Source: Podarcis tiliguerta
Taxonomy: Eukaryota
Strand: one strand, 5' to 3'
Assembly (NCBI GenBank): GCA_965153285.1
Contig: OZ229116.1
DNA length: 64,000 nucleotides
Positions 38,095-51,422 of the stretch are shown here, in pieces. Below the pieces are notes generated by a model that worked only from the letters and a program-made list of their open reading frames with translations, was not told where the DNA came from and made no database searches. A program made the position numbers and the translations under genes. Each line of letters begins with the position of its first letter. Position 1 is the first letter of the stretch.

Positions 38095-41000
38095 CTCTAT
38101 GGGTTGAGTAAGCATCTGAGGATGAGCTTACTAGCTCTAGTGAGTTTTACAACACTGGAAAATCAGGGCCCTAAAGTGCATGGGGGACCTGCACAAATAC
38201 AATAGGCTCCCCATTTCACACGTTGGTCATCCAAGCAGGGCAATCAGAATATGACAGGGCTGGAGCTCAAGGGTCCATCCCAGTAGGAAGAATGGGGAAG
38301 GACTGTAGTCAAGAGAATCATATGTTCTGACCAACAAAAATCCCCAGTGAGCAAGGCCAATGGTCAGGAATGATGGGAGATGTAGTTGACCGACATCTAG
38401 GATGCCAATTAGAGTGATGGGGATATAGATGAATGGTTTCATTCCGATAACGGCCAGACCTGATTCATTCCATTCAGCCATAACTGCTTGCTATTTAGCT
38501 GCTTGCTTTTACTAGCTGTGTATTTTTAGAGCAGACCATGTTATCACCAGCTGGGGGTGGCAGCATCTGGGGTTCTCTATCTACTCCAATACATGTGTGT
38601 TGATTTATACCACCTATTTTGTAAGTGGTAACATTCCATCAACACAGACAGTGTGGGTAAATCAAAAAGGATCACAGAAATTTGATTAAACCATGCTTTT
38701 CTTCCACTATGTCTCAGATTCTACCTTCCTCATATTCTGGTAGTATTCCATCATTGTAAGGGTCCTTCAACTAGTATATTCATTCATTCATTTGTATATT
38801 CATTCATAAATAAGAATATTTATATTCCACATGTTCCACAGGTTACTCAGTATGGCAAACAATACAAAGAAAATTCATCAAAGTACAAATGATGGTATCA
38901 ACATGCCAGCATGAATTCACATCATAACTTATGGGGATTCTGGTTGTGATCCTACAACAACACTCTCAAAATTAAGATACCAATATTGAAATTTATCAAG
39001 ATTTAGAAAGCAGAGAGATTATGTAATTCGCATTGACGCTTGGAGTAGCCAAAAAAGTTACTCTAATAAATTCATAATGGAAACTGTTTTAAAATTATAA
39101 GAGAACTCTGACTTGATATATCCAAGCCAAAGGAGTATTGATCCAAGAGACAGCATTGTGAAAACTGATTTAATCATTTCTCCAAAAAGACAGAAAAATA
39201 GTCCTGTGGCACTTTAAAGACACTCAGATAATGTCCTTTCTAAACAGGCTGTTTGTTTGAAATATTTAAAATAAACAAATAAATAAATAAATAAGTCCAT
39301 CAACTTGGAGGCAGAGAAGTTATGTCAGTGTGGAAAGACAGTTTCCCTTGCATAAGGATATCCCATCAAATCCTCCTGATTTATTTGTTCTCCGGCAGGA
39401 CTCTGCTCCACCATTTACCATTCTTGATGGTTGCTTGGCCCTTGGCAATTGCTTTCGGATGGTGGGGGAGGAGGTTGCTTCAGAGAACTGCAGTGTGGGC
39501 TCAGTAGTCAGGAAAACCACGGCGTACAAGCAGAGTTCTCCTTGTCTTCTTCTGCATCCAGCTCCTCATGTCCAAGTGGCACATGTTGTAGAGAAAATTT
39601 AATGTTGCAAAATTTAAGTACCACTGTAAAGATGCACAGTCATTTGTTTTGGCTGATTTATCTGCATTTAGAATTCTATAAAAATGCATTGCTAGTAGCA
39701 TATGGTTTTCTGAATCCCACTATACAATGAATAGCCTGTACTTTAAACTCCCTGCTTTAAGAATTTGTTTATCTATTTGCAATTTCAAAATATTTCCAGC
39801 AGGGCTGACTGTCTCGTGTCATATAATCATATACCGTAGGTATCATACAGGTGAAGGAAGAAGTTAAATTCGCAGAATTCATTTGCCTCTTAACAGTGCT
39901 ATATTTTCTCCAAATCAGTGGTGCAATTCGTAAAGATTTCAAAATTGAGAACTTGGCAAGATCATTGATTTTTAAGGCCTATGTTGAGGGTTAGTTTTTC
40001 CAGGACAGGACAGGTAAGCCCATCAAGGAACTAAATAAAACAGATGAATGAATGCAGCAGTAGTCTGTCACTTAGTTAGTTTCATTGTGTGCAACAAAGG
40101 TAAATTTGAGCTGAGGATGTTTTTTAAGGGCAAGTTGTGTGAAGCTGAATAGGTATTATGTCCTATCAAGGACTCATTGTTTAGCAGATCCTATGCCCAA
40201 CAATGCCTCATTGTGATGGCAACAGAGATCAGTGCATTAAATACCCGTGTTTCAGACCCCCTTTGCATTTTTGGTGTCCTCTCCAGCTACACGGACTAGA
40301 ATATCCCTTCTTCAATTCTACTTGGATGCTCATCTGCTTGCAGGCTTGAATGAGAGTGGACACTTCTTCTAGCATGAAACCAACAACTTCATCCACTTTC
40401 TTTCTTGTTTTCCCACCTCCGCAGAGTCGGTTCTATTTAATCCTAGAAAGCATGAATCTACACAAATCTCTGATTTATTTTTTTAAAGATATTTTACAAA
40501 TTTGGAAAGTCACTTTTGGAATTATCTGTTTTTCTTGGAAGTGTCGGGAAATTACAGCTTCTGATGCTATGGTTGATGGACATCCATATGAGATTATCCA
40601 GTTTGGGGGAGTAAAAACAGATTTAAACAGCCAAAGGGACCTTTACTTGATTGCACCATGTGTTTCATGCACTGTGATTTGTTCAGAATTGCTATTTAAA
40701 AGAAAGGCATTTGTGGGAACAATAGTGACATGCTCTACCTGGTTCTTACAAATATCACAAAATGCTATTTAAATTAAGGATTGAAGAGATCAGCTTGTTT
40801 CATCTGCTACTGAGAAGGTGAGAGTTGCGATATGAAATGGACTTTTAATCTGTATACTCTGCAGTGTGGATAAAAACTGGGGCAGGCCTAAGAAAGATAA
40901 ATTGTAACTAATGTTATCTTTAGTGTGGGTATTCTAGAGATGCAGAGCTGAAAATTCATATGTGTTTGTGGGGAGAGGGTGGTAGAGAGAAAGAGGCAGA

Positions 41001-41232
41001 GAGAAAGAGAGGCAAATTTTTAAATTTGCTTCACTCCATTTTCAAAGAACTGTACTGTGTTACAGGATGTCTGAAGCAGGCTTGGCTTAATGTGCTGTTT
41101 TTAAAAGGTTATGGGAGGGTGCATGATTTGGCTAGAACTGGAGAGAGTCAAGGAATTTCATTAACAGCCCCCCTCACCAATTTGAAAAACTGAATGAAGT
41201 GCACAGAACAGCCCTCTCTCTGTTCTGCACAC

Positions 41233-41433
41233 CAGGAGTTCCCAAGCAGTGGTCTGTGAACCGCATGTGGTCTCTGCGTTTTCAGGTGGTTCATGGTGTG
41301 TAAAAAAACCGATTCAAAATCATGCAGCATCTAGCTCAGTGAACTGCAATTGCTACAACAGGCAGAAAACCATTAAGTGGTCCACTTAGCAAATTTCAAG
41401 TGATCCATGGTGGGGAAAGTTTGGGAACCACTG
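41233..41433. mobile_element. Degenerate hAT (Charlie-like) MITE
   Basis: Termini CAGGAGTTCCCAAG / TTTGGGAACCACTG. Confidence 0.55.
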
Positions 41434-43150
41434 CTATATGCTATTTCATGGCTGTGAAGTTATGAAATATAGACTTTTCAGCCTTTCAGCATCCTGAGGT
41501 TGGCCACTTACTAATTCTGTAAATCTGGGTCTAGCTGAACAATTTTAGGCCATCAATGAGGGCTCATGCAAAGAAATGTTCCTCATAAAATAAAAATACT
41601 ACAAATAAAGCAGCTAGTATGTCAGAAAGGTGGTTAGACTAGAATACAGGGAAGACATTTTCTCTGTGGAGGGTTTTTGGTTTGTTGGTTTGTTTGTGTG
41701 AAGGGGATCATTCAGCCATGGAAGGCTCTGGCATGCAGCCTGAAATACTTTGGCCAAGAGGAAGACTTATCACTTCAAAGAGAACTAGGCCTTGGATGGA
41801 TTTGGGCCTCAAATTAACTGTGGGCTGAATAAATATGAAGTAATACTGAAATGTTTACTATGGGGAATGGAAAGGGTGGAGAAGCATTACAGTTTCTTCT
41901 GTTCAAATCACATTCCACTGAATTTTATGGCAAAGCTCCTATCATTATCAATACAGCTGAACTCTTCAACTGAACTCAGGTCATCTATAGCTGTCTGCCT
42001 GGCCATCCCAGATGTCTGAAGTGAGGTACTTTCAAACAGCTTAACAAGATACAACCATCATTTTGATTGTCACCTCACCATTCCCTTTGCCAATTAGAGT
42101 GGGTTCATATCACTAAAATGAACAGAAACAAGAGAAACCTGGGATATGCCACCCAATTCTCAATTAGAGTTCTCTCACAGTTGTGACAGAATTGTGTTAA
42201 TTTATATTTAGCAAAATTCATGACATGATTTGCTGTCACATGTTTGTTTACTTCCACTCCAAGCTGATTTTTTGCTGTCATGCTGACTTGATTGTGTTGT
42301 AGAATGGTCATGCACAGGTTTGACTTTCTGCTTGCTAAGTGGCTAGGAATCATCACAAGTTGAGTTTGCCTTTTACAGGATGCTCATTTCTTCTAAAGGC
42401 AAGCTGGCCTCCTAATGGAGCAGGGAGTAAAACCATGAAAAAGGAAAAGATACTGCATTTAGGAGCTGAGTGTTTTTGCCCTGGCATGGTTTTGATGTTA
42501 AAACGCCATGCATTTTTAATTCTCATCCTCATCTGGAGTTACAGTCTGTGTGCCAAATCCTACAAATGTCTCACAATATCTTAATGGGTTGCCTATAACA
42601 TGTGTTTCAGTTATTACTATTCAATGAAGGCAGGCCTACACAGCTTGTGATTCACTTGTTGGAAAAGAGTCAAAATCCATGTTTAAGTGACTGGCCAGTG
42701 GAAACCATCCCATCCCAGGTAAGTAGATTATTTTGCAATCCAAGGTAAGGAGGATGGGCACTTGAACATTCTTTAAAAAAGAGGAAATGCATCATTTAAA
42801 ACAAAAGAGAAAGAGCACAGATTAGCATGAAATTCCCATAGGCTAATTTACATGTATAAATGCAAATTTAGAAATAATTACTATAATGTAAATAGAAATA
42901 TAATACATTCATTCACCATGGTGGGAAAGACTGTGAACAGGTGGCATGCTGCCTGCTCAGTCTGCTGCCTAGGGGCTGTTGATGGGCAACTTCAAGGCCC
43001 CTCTGCTCTCTTGTCCTAGAATTGAAAATAATATTGGTAAGAAAGATTGTAATTGTGGTGAGGACTCACCACAGGCTTAGATCCTAAAACAAGTTAATTT
43101 AAGGATGCTCATTAAAGGCACGTTTTTTCCATCTTCTCCTCCCCTTCTAT

Positions 43151-43504
43151 GGGACGTGGGTAGCGCTGTGGGTTAAACCACAGAGCCTAGGACTTGCTGA
43201 TCAGAAGGTCGGTGGTTCGAATCCCCGCAATGGGGTGAGCTCCCTTTGCTCGGTCCCTGCTCTTGCCAACCTAGCAGTTCGAAAGCATGTCAAAGTGCAA
43301 GTAGATAAATAGGTACCACTCTGGCGGGAAGGTAAACGGCATTTCCATGCGCTGCTCTGGTTCACCAGAAGCGGCTTAGTCATGCTGGCCACATGACCCG
43401 GAAGCTGTACGCCTGCTCCCTCAGCCAATAAAGCGAGATGAGCACCGCGACCCCAGAGTCAGCCACGACTGGACCTAATGGTCAGGGGTCCCTTTACCTT
43501 TACC
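43151..43504 (+). mobile_element. Sauria SINE, full length
   Basis: Near-identical to the 25272 copy; B-box GGTTCGAATCC; (CCTTTA)n tail; TSD-like CTCCCCTTCTA / CTCCTCTTCTA. Confidence 0.95.
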
Positions 43505-43669
43505 TCCTCTTCTACAGACCCATGTACCCCCTGAAAAGCATTTCTGTAGCATCTGGGACCATACTGAATAATGTGGGCTGAGATGCTGATATGGGAGGGA
43601 AGACTCCTCCAAAATCAGGTGGACTTCCACCCAATTTTGGGTGATTTCCCCCTCCTCCACAGTTTCCTG

Positions 43670-43880
43670 CACAGTATGGCATTGTGACTAGAGGGTTGGA
43701 CTAGTTCCTGTGGACCAGGGTTCAAATTCCCATTGGGCCATGAAATTCACTGGATGACCTTGGGCCAGTCACTGTTTCTCCGGCTAGCCTACCTCACAGG
43801 GTTGTTGTATGGAGAAAATGGAGAGAGGGCAACCATGTTTGTCATCTTGAGCTTCTTGGAAGAAAGGTAAGATAAATAAT
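43670..43880 (+). mobile_element. Old MIR/CORE-like tRNA SINE
   Basis: B-box GGTTCAAATTCC, then CACTGGATGACCTTGGGCCAGTCAC...CTACCTCACAGGGTTGTTG and an AT-rich tail. Confidence 0.7.
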
Positions 43881-46800
43881 ATAACATTCATCACCATCAG
43901 CCTGCCCTCTCTGGATGTGGGGGGAGGAAGCTCAGGTCACTACAGAAGGAGGCTGGCATGAGAAACTTTCCTTCAGTTAATGCTTGTAAGTTAAATGATC
44001 AAGCCTTCCTGTTTGGAAATAATTGAGAAGTACATCCTTATTTGACTCCTTAACTTTTAATAATACAAAGTATTCATGTGAAGAATGTTTGATGTTTTAT
44101 TATGTTTTTATATGTGCTGGAAGCCATCCAGAGAGGCTAAGAAAACCCATCCAAATGAATGGGGTATAAATCATAAAAATTATTATTATTATTACCTTTA
44201 TTATTATTATTATTCCATTTACTGAACTGCAATGCTAAGTTCAGATGCAAGTAAAATCAACCCACCCCCCCACCCCTTGTTTCTATTTGATTTAAGTTCA
44301 ACATGTCCCTGGTGGAATAAGAAATGCAGATGCAGTGACCAAGTGTCATAACTTTGGCATCAGTTTAAGTATTTTACCTGCTTTTGGTTTCATACGTACA
44401 CAGGTAGATCTTTCTATACTTATTTACCACTGCAGAATTGTGCCTCTTCTCTTCAGAATGAGCGCAATGTTTCCATTAATGTACGAATGCTCAGGTTCCC
44501 CACCTCCAATCGTAAATACTGTAGCTGATTGTAATGGATCTTTGCAGTGGAATTTGCATATATTCAATTTTAGCTGTTTTTCTCCGCTGTGATTCAGAGA
44601 GCAAACCCTGAAAAACAAATATTTAAGACCTGCTCCTGCTGAAGCCAGAAGCAGTGGCAAAATTCCTGGTGAGCTGAGGATTTGGCCTAAATCCCCTATA
44701 AAAGCTAAATGCACAGTTTTAAGCTCCATCCTAATCAGCAGTGCTTTAACAGGATTTGAGTTTTATTATAGTCTGACGAGTTGCATGTGACTCCAGGGCT
44801 GCATGATAAACATTTCAAAACTTAGATGCTTTGAGAGGAGGGTCATTTTTCCTGGCCTGCACGTTTTTATCAGCAACAGTACACAAGCACACAATGGGAA
44901 TGATACTGGCCTGATTGCAAACAATGCCTTTGAGAAAAAAAACTTCAAACCATTTCTTGGTGAACAATTTATCAGTATAATTACCATTTTCTAATCTGGA
45001 GTTGTGCTAGGGCATTGTTTCAGGTAATGTGTGAAGGTGGGGAAAGAAGATTGGCTGTTTTGGTCCCCATCAGGTTGTTTAGGGGTACATAGTCTTAGGG
45101 TGGAGACTTAAGCTTGATGAAGCATTGTGCTGGCACTGCAGGCTATGGCTCCTCCACTACCTGCCTCTTGGAACACCTACTTCTTCTAATTCCCCCACCC
45201 CCAGCAGCTTACAAAGCAGCTGGGTAATGGAGGATGGGAAATAATTTGCATTGGACTTAGTGACTTAGCTGCCATGAGGCTTCCAATCAGGCTGACCGTC
45301 TGGTTGCCTTGCCTACTTTATGAGGAGAGATGAGTTGAAATGAGAGCCTCAGGCAACTTGTGACCCAGCCGGAGAAGACAAATAAGACTATGGTGGCTTT
45401 GGATTTGCTAATGCACAGACCCAGTTAAAAGCCCAGTCAGATTGTCCCAAATTCTCCTTGAGCCAAGGCTCAACATCATGAAGTCATGGCTTTTAAAATC
45501 CATGCCACAAACTGGGATTGTGCACCACATGGCTGAATAATCACTACTTTTTATATTGAGAAGGCAGACATGGGCTCTGAGGTCTCAGCCAATTGTCTCT
45601 TGCTTCATGCGTCGATGGCAGTTCCTTCACATCTTGATTTTGTCTCATCATTTGCTTTACATGTTATGATTAACAGTGATTGCATTACAGAATCCACCTT
45701 AGCCCAAGATAACAATTAGGGAGGACTCCCTACAAATGAGATATGCAGTGCTGAAGATGGTTGGCAAACTCTTCATAAAAGGTTTGAACAGTTTCACCAC
45801 CTCTTTTTATTTTGTGGGGACTGACTGAGCTTGGAAAGACTCGCTCTGGTGAGTCTTATGAGTCACACCAGTCTCTCACGTCCCATCCATAGCTCATTTA
45901 TCACGTCTCATCCTGATCTCTGGTGCCACGCTGATTTAAATTTGATGATAAGCCTACTGTCTACTAATGCTATTTTGTCACTTTCTCATTCTGTCCCAAT
46001 CTAAAACAAAACCCAACAACTTACACAGTGTATTTCCCTTTTATGTCAGATTTCAGCATTGTTACACTCACCTTATTTGATCCTCATTAATGCCAACATG
46101 AGTAAAAAGTCAATTTACAACATCACTTTTCAGGAATGACCACTTGGAATGTGGACTTTAGAATGTGTGAATTGTTCAGAATTCCTTTAGTGTTATATTT
46201 AGTACAAGCAAGAATCTTACAGAGCCAAATACCCGGACCTAAATCCACCTTTGTGCACCCATTCACACACTGGCATGAGGTATATCTTTTCCTCAATGTA
46301 TTAATATTTAAGTAGGAAACTTGAATCTCCAAAACCTCATAGCTGATCAATCACAAACCTATTTTATACTGAAATAAGCTGTAAAACAGTGCACTGAATT
46401 TTAATAGAGTACACAGGAGGTACGGCTTAACTGAGGTTGCTACCCTAATCACGCATTTATCACATTTTCCCCCCATCTCATTCTTTACCCAAGAAAGTGT
46501 GGTATACATGAGGTTGTTCTATTTTATCATCACAACTGTGAACAAAGCTTAGGCTAAGGAATAAAGGTAGACCCTATTGGCTGAAGGTGACAATGTTGGA
46601 TCCAGGAATAACCCCCACCCCCACCCCTACCCCAGCTATGGAGCTTCTCTTTCCAGGAGAATACAGCTCTACCGAAACAGGCCATTTTGCCACCATGCAG
46701 ATCCAAGAACTCAGAATACTTAAAACCTCTGTCTTAACAGGATTCATCTTCAATTATTAGTAAAGATTAGTAAAAAAAGAAGTTGAGATTATAATGCAAT

Positions 46801-48339
46801 TTGTTGTTGTTTTAAATGACTGAGGACTGCCATGTCCCCCACCCCCGCACTTGTATTCTATCTCAAAATAAAATTGTGCTTTTCCTTCAGGTTAGAGATG
46901 GATCTGATTAATTCCTGATATTTTCAAAGTGGGGGGATCAGCCATTATTTGTGTCATTTTTTCAGCCTCCCTAAGTGCAGCCGAAGATCTGCATAGCTCC
47001 AAGTAGAGTCAAATCCTATCATGATTGCAGTTCTCCTCCTACATTCCTACCTCTGGAATGTAGACATTGTGGCTTCAACATCAAGCTAGCTTCCCGCCCC
47101 CTTCACCCACCTAGTTTTTACTTATCATCCCACTGATGAATAATTCTGTCACTATTGCTCACTGTTTTGTGACATTTTGGTTAGCCCTAATAAAAGCATC
47201 GCCTGATTTCCCCACACATCCACCCAATGGACCAACACGGCTTCCTCTTATTTTTTCATGTCACTTTCCCATAAAAATTGTTCTTCCCCAGTCTCTCATA
47301 GATTACAGAATTGTTGGCTACAAAAGATGTTTCATTGTTTCAAAAGAAGGATTTAGTTGCAAATTTGTAGCTTTTGATAAGAGGTTTTTTTTTTAGAGTA
47401 CATACATTACAGTACTGCTACTATTATTTAAAGGAGTTAACTGCAGCGCATGGAATATATGTTGGGAATTTCCAGTCTCTTACATGCTACCTAACCCCTA
47501 TAACCAGGGTAGTGAGCAGTTTCTCAGAATACAATGGAAGCCCTGCCACTTTGATGATAAGCTCCCGCAGTTAGCTTAAAACAATAATTCTGTACTTTCT
47601 TTCCTGTGTTGAGATTTATTTTAAGTATTAGTATAAAATATCACAGGGTCTGATAGCAGCCAGATCAGTTTGTATAAAAATCAAGGGTCTGTTTGTAGTA
47701 TATTACAGGCTATATTTGACACAGGAAAACGCTTAATCATGAATGCTATCAACACCACACCCACCTTTTGTAAAAAGTCTTAAAGGCTAGATTTATCATT
47801 GTGAACTTGAACTGGAGAGAGACAAGTCATCATGAATCTCGAGGCCCTTTCTGAGGAGCTAGGGTTAAGGGGCATACTGTCCACAATACATCTGCCACTG
47901 TCAGTGTCCTGATGCCTTAACAAATGTTGCCGTCAGCTAAATGGAAATGGATAGCCTGATAGGAATATTTGCATGACAGGCAACACTGGAAACACCAACA
48001 TTAGCATCTTAAAATGGTTTGATCTCTTTAGGATATATACCACAGTTGGAACCCATATAAAATTATTGAGGAGGAAGGGACATCTGCCTATCAATGGCCC
48101 CTCTTAAGTTTGCTGGAATATGTCAAAAAAATTCAGATGGTTTGAGAGGGAGGGGCCACGAAACTTCCACATAGGTGTTCAGGATGTATCTTGCTAGACA
48201 ACTGCTGAAGGGAGTTGCTCTTTATCATTTCCCCAATTGTGAGTGTTGGCTAGACTTTAGGGGAGTCTGGCTGGAATAAATGGATGGCTGATTGGCAGGA
48301 CCAGTTGCAGCATTTTAAGGTGCCGAGGTCTTTTCTGAT

Positions 48340-48343
<4 letters not shown>

Positions 48344-48394
<51 letters not shown>
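48344..48394. repeat. (CT)n microsatellite
   Basis: Visible dinucleotide run. Confidence 0.95.
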
Positions 48395-48398
<4 letters not shown>

Positions 48399-48583
48399 TT
48401 CCCTCTGCTGCTTCAGACTTCTGCTTACCAGCCAAACTTCTTTCTTTCTTTCTTGCTGTTTTTACAAAAAATGGGAGCACACCTTATATTTCCCATTTGA
48501 AGTCCTGCACCCTGTTAGGACTTTTTTACCTGACAGAGGTAACCACAGTGAAAGGTAATGCACAAGTTTCTAATATTTATTTT

Positions 48584-49513
48584 TTCAACATCTTTATCAA
48601 CGACTTGGATGATGGACTCAAGGGCATCCTGATCAAATTTGCAGATGACACCAAACTGGGAGGGGTGGCTAACACCCCAGAGGACAGGATCACACTTCAA
48701 AACGGCCTTGACAGATTAGAGAACTGGGCAAAAACAAACAAGATGAATTTTAACAGGGAGAAATGTAAAGTATTGCACTTGGGCAAAAAAAAATGAGAGG
48801 CACAAATACAAGATGGGTGACACCTGGCTTGAGAGCAGTACATGTGAAAAGGATCTAGGAGTCTTGGTTGACCACAAACTTGACATGAGCCAACAGTGTG
48901 ATGCGGCAGCTAAAAAAGCCAATGCAATTCTGGGCTGCATCAATAGGAGTATAGCATCTAGATCAAGGGAAGTAATAGTGCCACTGTATTCTGCTCTGGT
49001 CAGACCTCACCTGGAGTACTGTGTCCAGTTCTGGGCACCACAGTTCAAGAAGGACACTGACAAACTGGAACGTGTCCAGAGGAGGGCAACCAAAATGGTC
49101 AAAGGCCTGGAAATGATGCCTTATGAGGAACGGCTAAGGGAGCTGGGCATGTTTAGCCTGGAGAAGAGGAGGTTAAGGGGTGATATGATAGCCATGTTCA
49201 AATATATAAAAGGATGTCACATAGAAGAGGGAGAAAGGTTGTTTTCTGCTGCTCCAGAGAAGCGGACACGGAGCAATGGATCCAAACTACAAGAAAGAAG
49301 ATTCCACCTAAACATTAGGAAGAACTTCCTGACAGTAAGAGCTGTTTGACAGTGGAATTTGCTGCCAAGGAGTGTGGTGGAGTCTCCTTCTTTGGAGGTC
49401 TTTAAGCAGAGGCTTGACAACCATATGTCAGGAGTGGTCTGATGGTGTTTCCTGCTTGGCAGGGGGTTGGACTCGATGGCCCTTGTGGTCTCTTCCAACT
49501 CTATGATTCTATG
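48584..49513 (+). mobile_element. 5'-truncated, relatively young CR1 LINE (RT C-terminal half of ORF2 and 3' UTR)
   Basis: FNIFINDLD...KFADDTKLGG RT motif, then ORF 48813-49349 ([38 protein letters not shown]); ends in the CR1 tail CTCTATGATTCTATGA. Confidence 0.97.
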
Positions 49514-51196
49514 AAAAAGACCAACTATTATCTGTTAGTATTTTTCATGCTAAATCTGCCTACCTTCCAAAACGCTGCAGCTATACTGTTGATGAGGACA
49601 GACAATCACCAGCACACAGTGTCTGTGCTCAAAAGTTTGCACTGGCTCTGACGTTTCATGGCTCTCTGAATTCGGACCAAACTAGACTTTTGCTAGCATG
49701 CAGCATGAATCTACACATCTTGTTTTTTAATGCTAAATTACAGTTGTCCTGGGGCAGGGGATCCTTAAAGAGTACATATCACGTAGGAAGGGAAGTCTGA
49801 TCTCTTTCTCTTCTCTCCATCAACACACGACATCTTATTTGCAAATAGTTATATCAGTCTTTTATAACCAATCCATATGAACCAGGGGTGGGTAACTTCA
49901 GGAGAGGAATCAAAACGTGGTCCTATGACTGATCCTCAGGACTCTTCCTTACACTACACCTCCTCCTGAGCTATTCCCACTTTGCTCCCTTCTTGAGTGT
50001 TTTTCCTGGCTGAAATGTGTCAAAGAACTCTAATAATCCCTCATGGTTGCCTGGAAGGAAGGGAGGGAGTGTGAGTGTGTACAGAAACTTTTCTACTGTA
50101 CCACAATAAAATTTACATCCATTGCTCTGTCCGTTTTTGCTTACGGTCTCATCCAGCACTTGACCAAAGGTTGACCAGATGGAAATGTAGTCCACAGACT
50201 GCAAACGTTTTCTCATATTTTAGGCCTGATATAAGCCTAAATCCATCCTCTCTCTTGGGTTTCAGGTTAAGATTCCTATGTTCATAGCTAAAATTCTTTG
50301 TACAGGAGTTTATAATTGAAAAATTAAGGCAGAGAGTACACTGTTCAAACAAGTTGGTCTGACTCTCTGTTTGTATTCACTGCTTACATATTAGAGAGAT
50401 CATTTGCTAACCAAACCTAGTCCAACATACAGTATGTCTCATCCTAACAGAGCTACTATATTTTGATATTTTTAGTCTCCGCATTCCTTGCGTTAATCAT
50501 CAATACGTGAACTTGCAGACAATTCACTTTCAATTTGCAGCCTTAAAATAGCTTGGCACTAGAAAGTATGAAAATTTATGGTAGTTGTGTGCTTTATTTA
50601 TTCTTCCTTTTAGTAATGAATATAGTAGCAATAAAGAAGTGTTTTCACTGTTTGCTGTTCCAAATCAGAACAGTCCATTGGGATCCCACTTCAAGAGGTC
50701 TCAGATCAGATTGTCATTCTATATGTTATAACAAGATTCTAAAATAAGTGTTTGTTTAAAAAGGTGCTTTGTATTACTTGCTCAAGAGGGGGTGCATGCC
50801 CATTTCCCAAAGTATGCAACAATACAAAGCCAATCACACTTCACAAAAAGCTTGATTAAAAAAACTTTTTTTAGCATGCATCTAAAAATTAATACTTTGC
50901 ATTAATATATTGGAAGGGGGTTCCATAACATTGGTGGTGCCACAGTGGCATTGTGAGACAAAGTTAAAAGTTCCTCTGTTTGCTAACCATAATAGTCAGG
51001 CAGGAAAATATGGGGCAAGGTGGTTCCTCAAGTAAGCTGGTCACAAATTGTTTAGAGTTCTGTATAGTATGACAAACACCTTCAATCTGACCAGGTAGCA
51101 TATTGGCATCCAGTATAGTGTCATATACAGTTTTTCATCAGAAAACATTCCAAAGTGGTTTACAGAAGAAATATAATGAGAAAAGGAAACAATATA

Positions 51197-51422
51197 CAGT
51201 GGTACCTCGGGTTAAGAACTTAATTCATTCTGGAGGTCCGTTCTTAACCTGAAACTGTTCTTAACCTGAGGTACCACTTTAGCTAATGGGGCGTCCCGCT
51301 GCCGCCGCGCTGCCGGAGCACGATTTCTGTTCTCATCCTGAAGCAAAGCTCTTAACCCGAGGTACTATTTCTGGGTTAGCAGAGTCTGTAACCTGAAGCG
51401 TCTGTAACCCAAGGTACCACTG
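51197..51422. mobile_element. Tigger/pogo-like MITE
   Basis: TA-flanked TIRs CAGTGGTACCTCGGGTTA / TAACCCAAGGTACCACTG. Confidence 0.92.

Noticed and set aside
39500-40440. Open minus-strand stretches (NRLCGGGKTRKKVDEVVGF...; ALKINDLAKFSILK...) as exons
   Set aside because: Splice signals are weak or missing, there is no consistent phase chain, and no protein family is recognisable.
48813-49349. 178-aa ORF as a host gene
   Set aside because: It is the ORF2 C-terminus of a 5'-truncated CR1 LINE.
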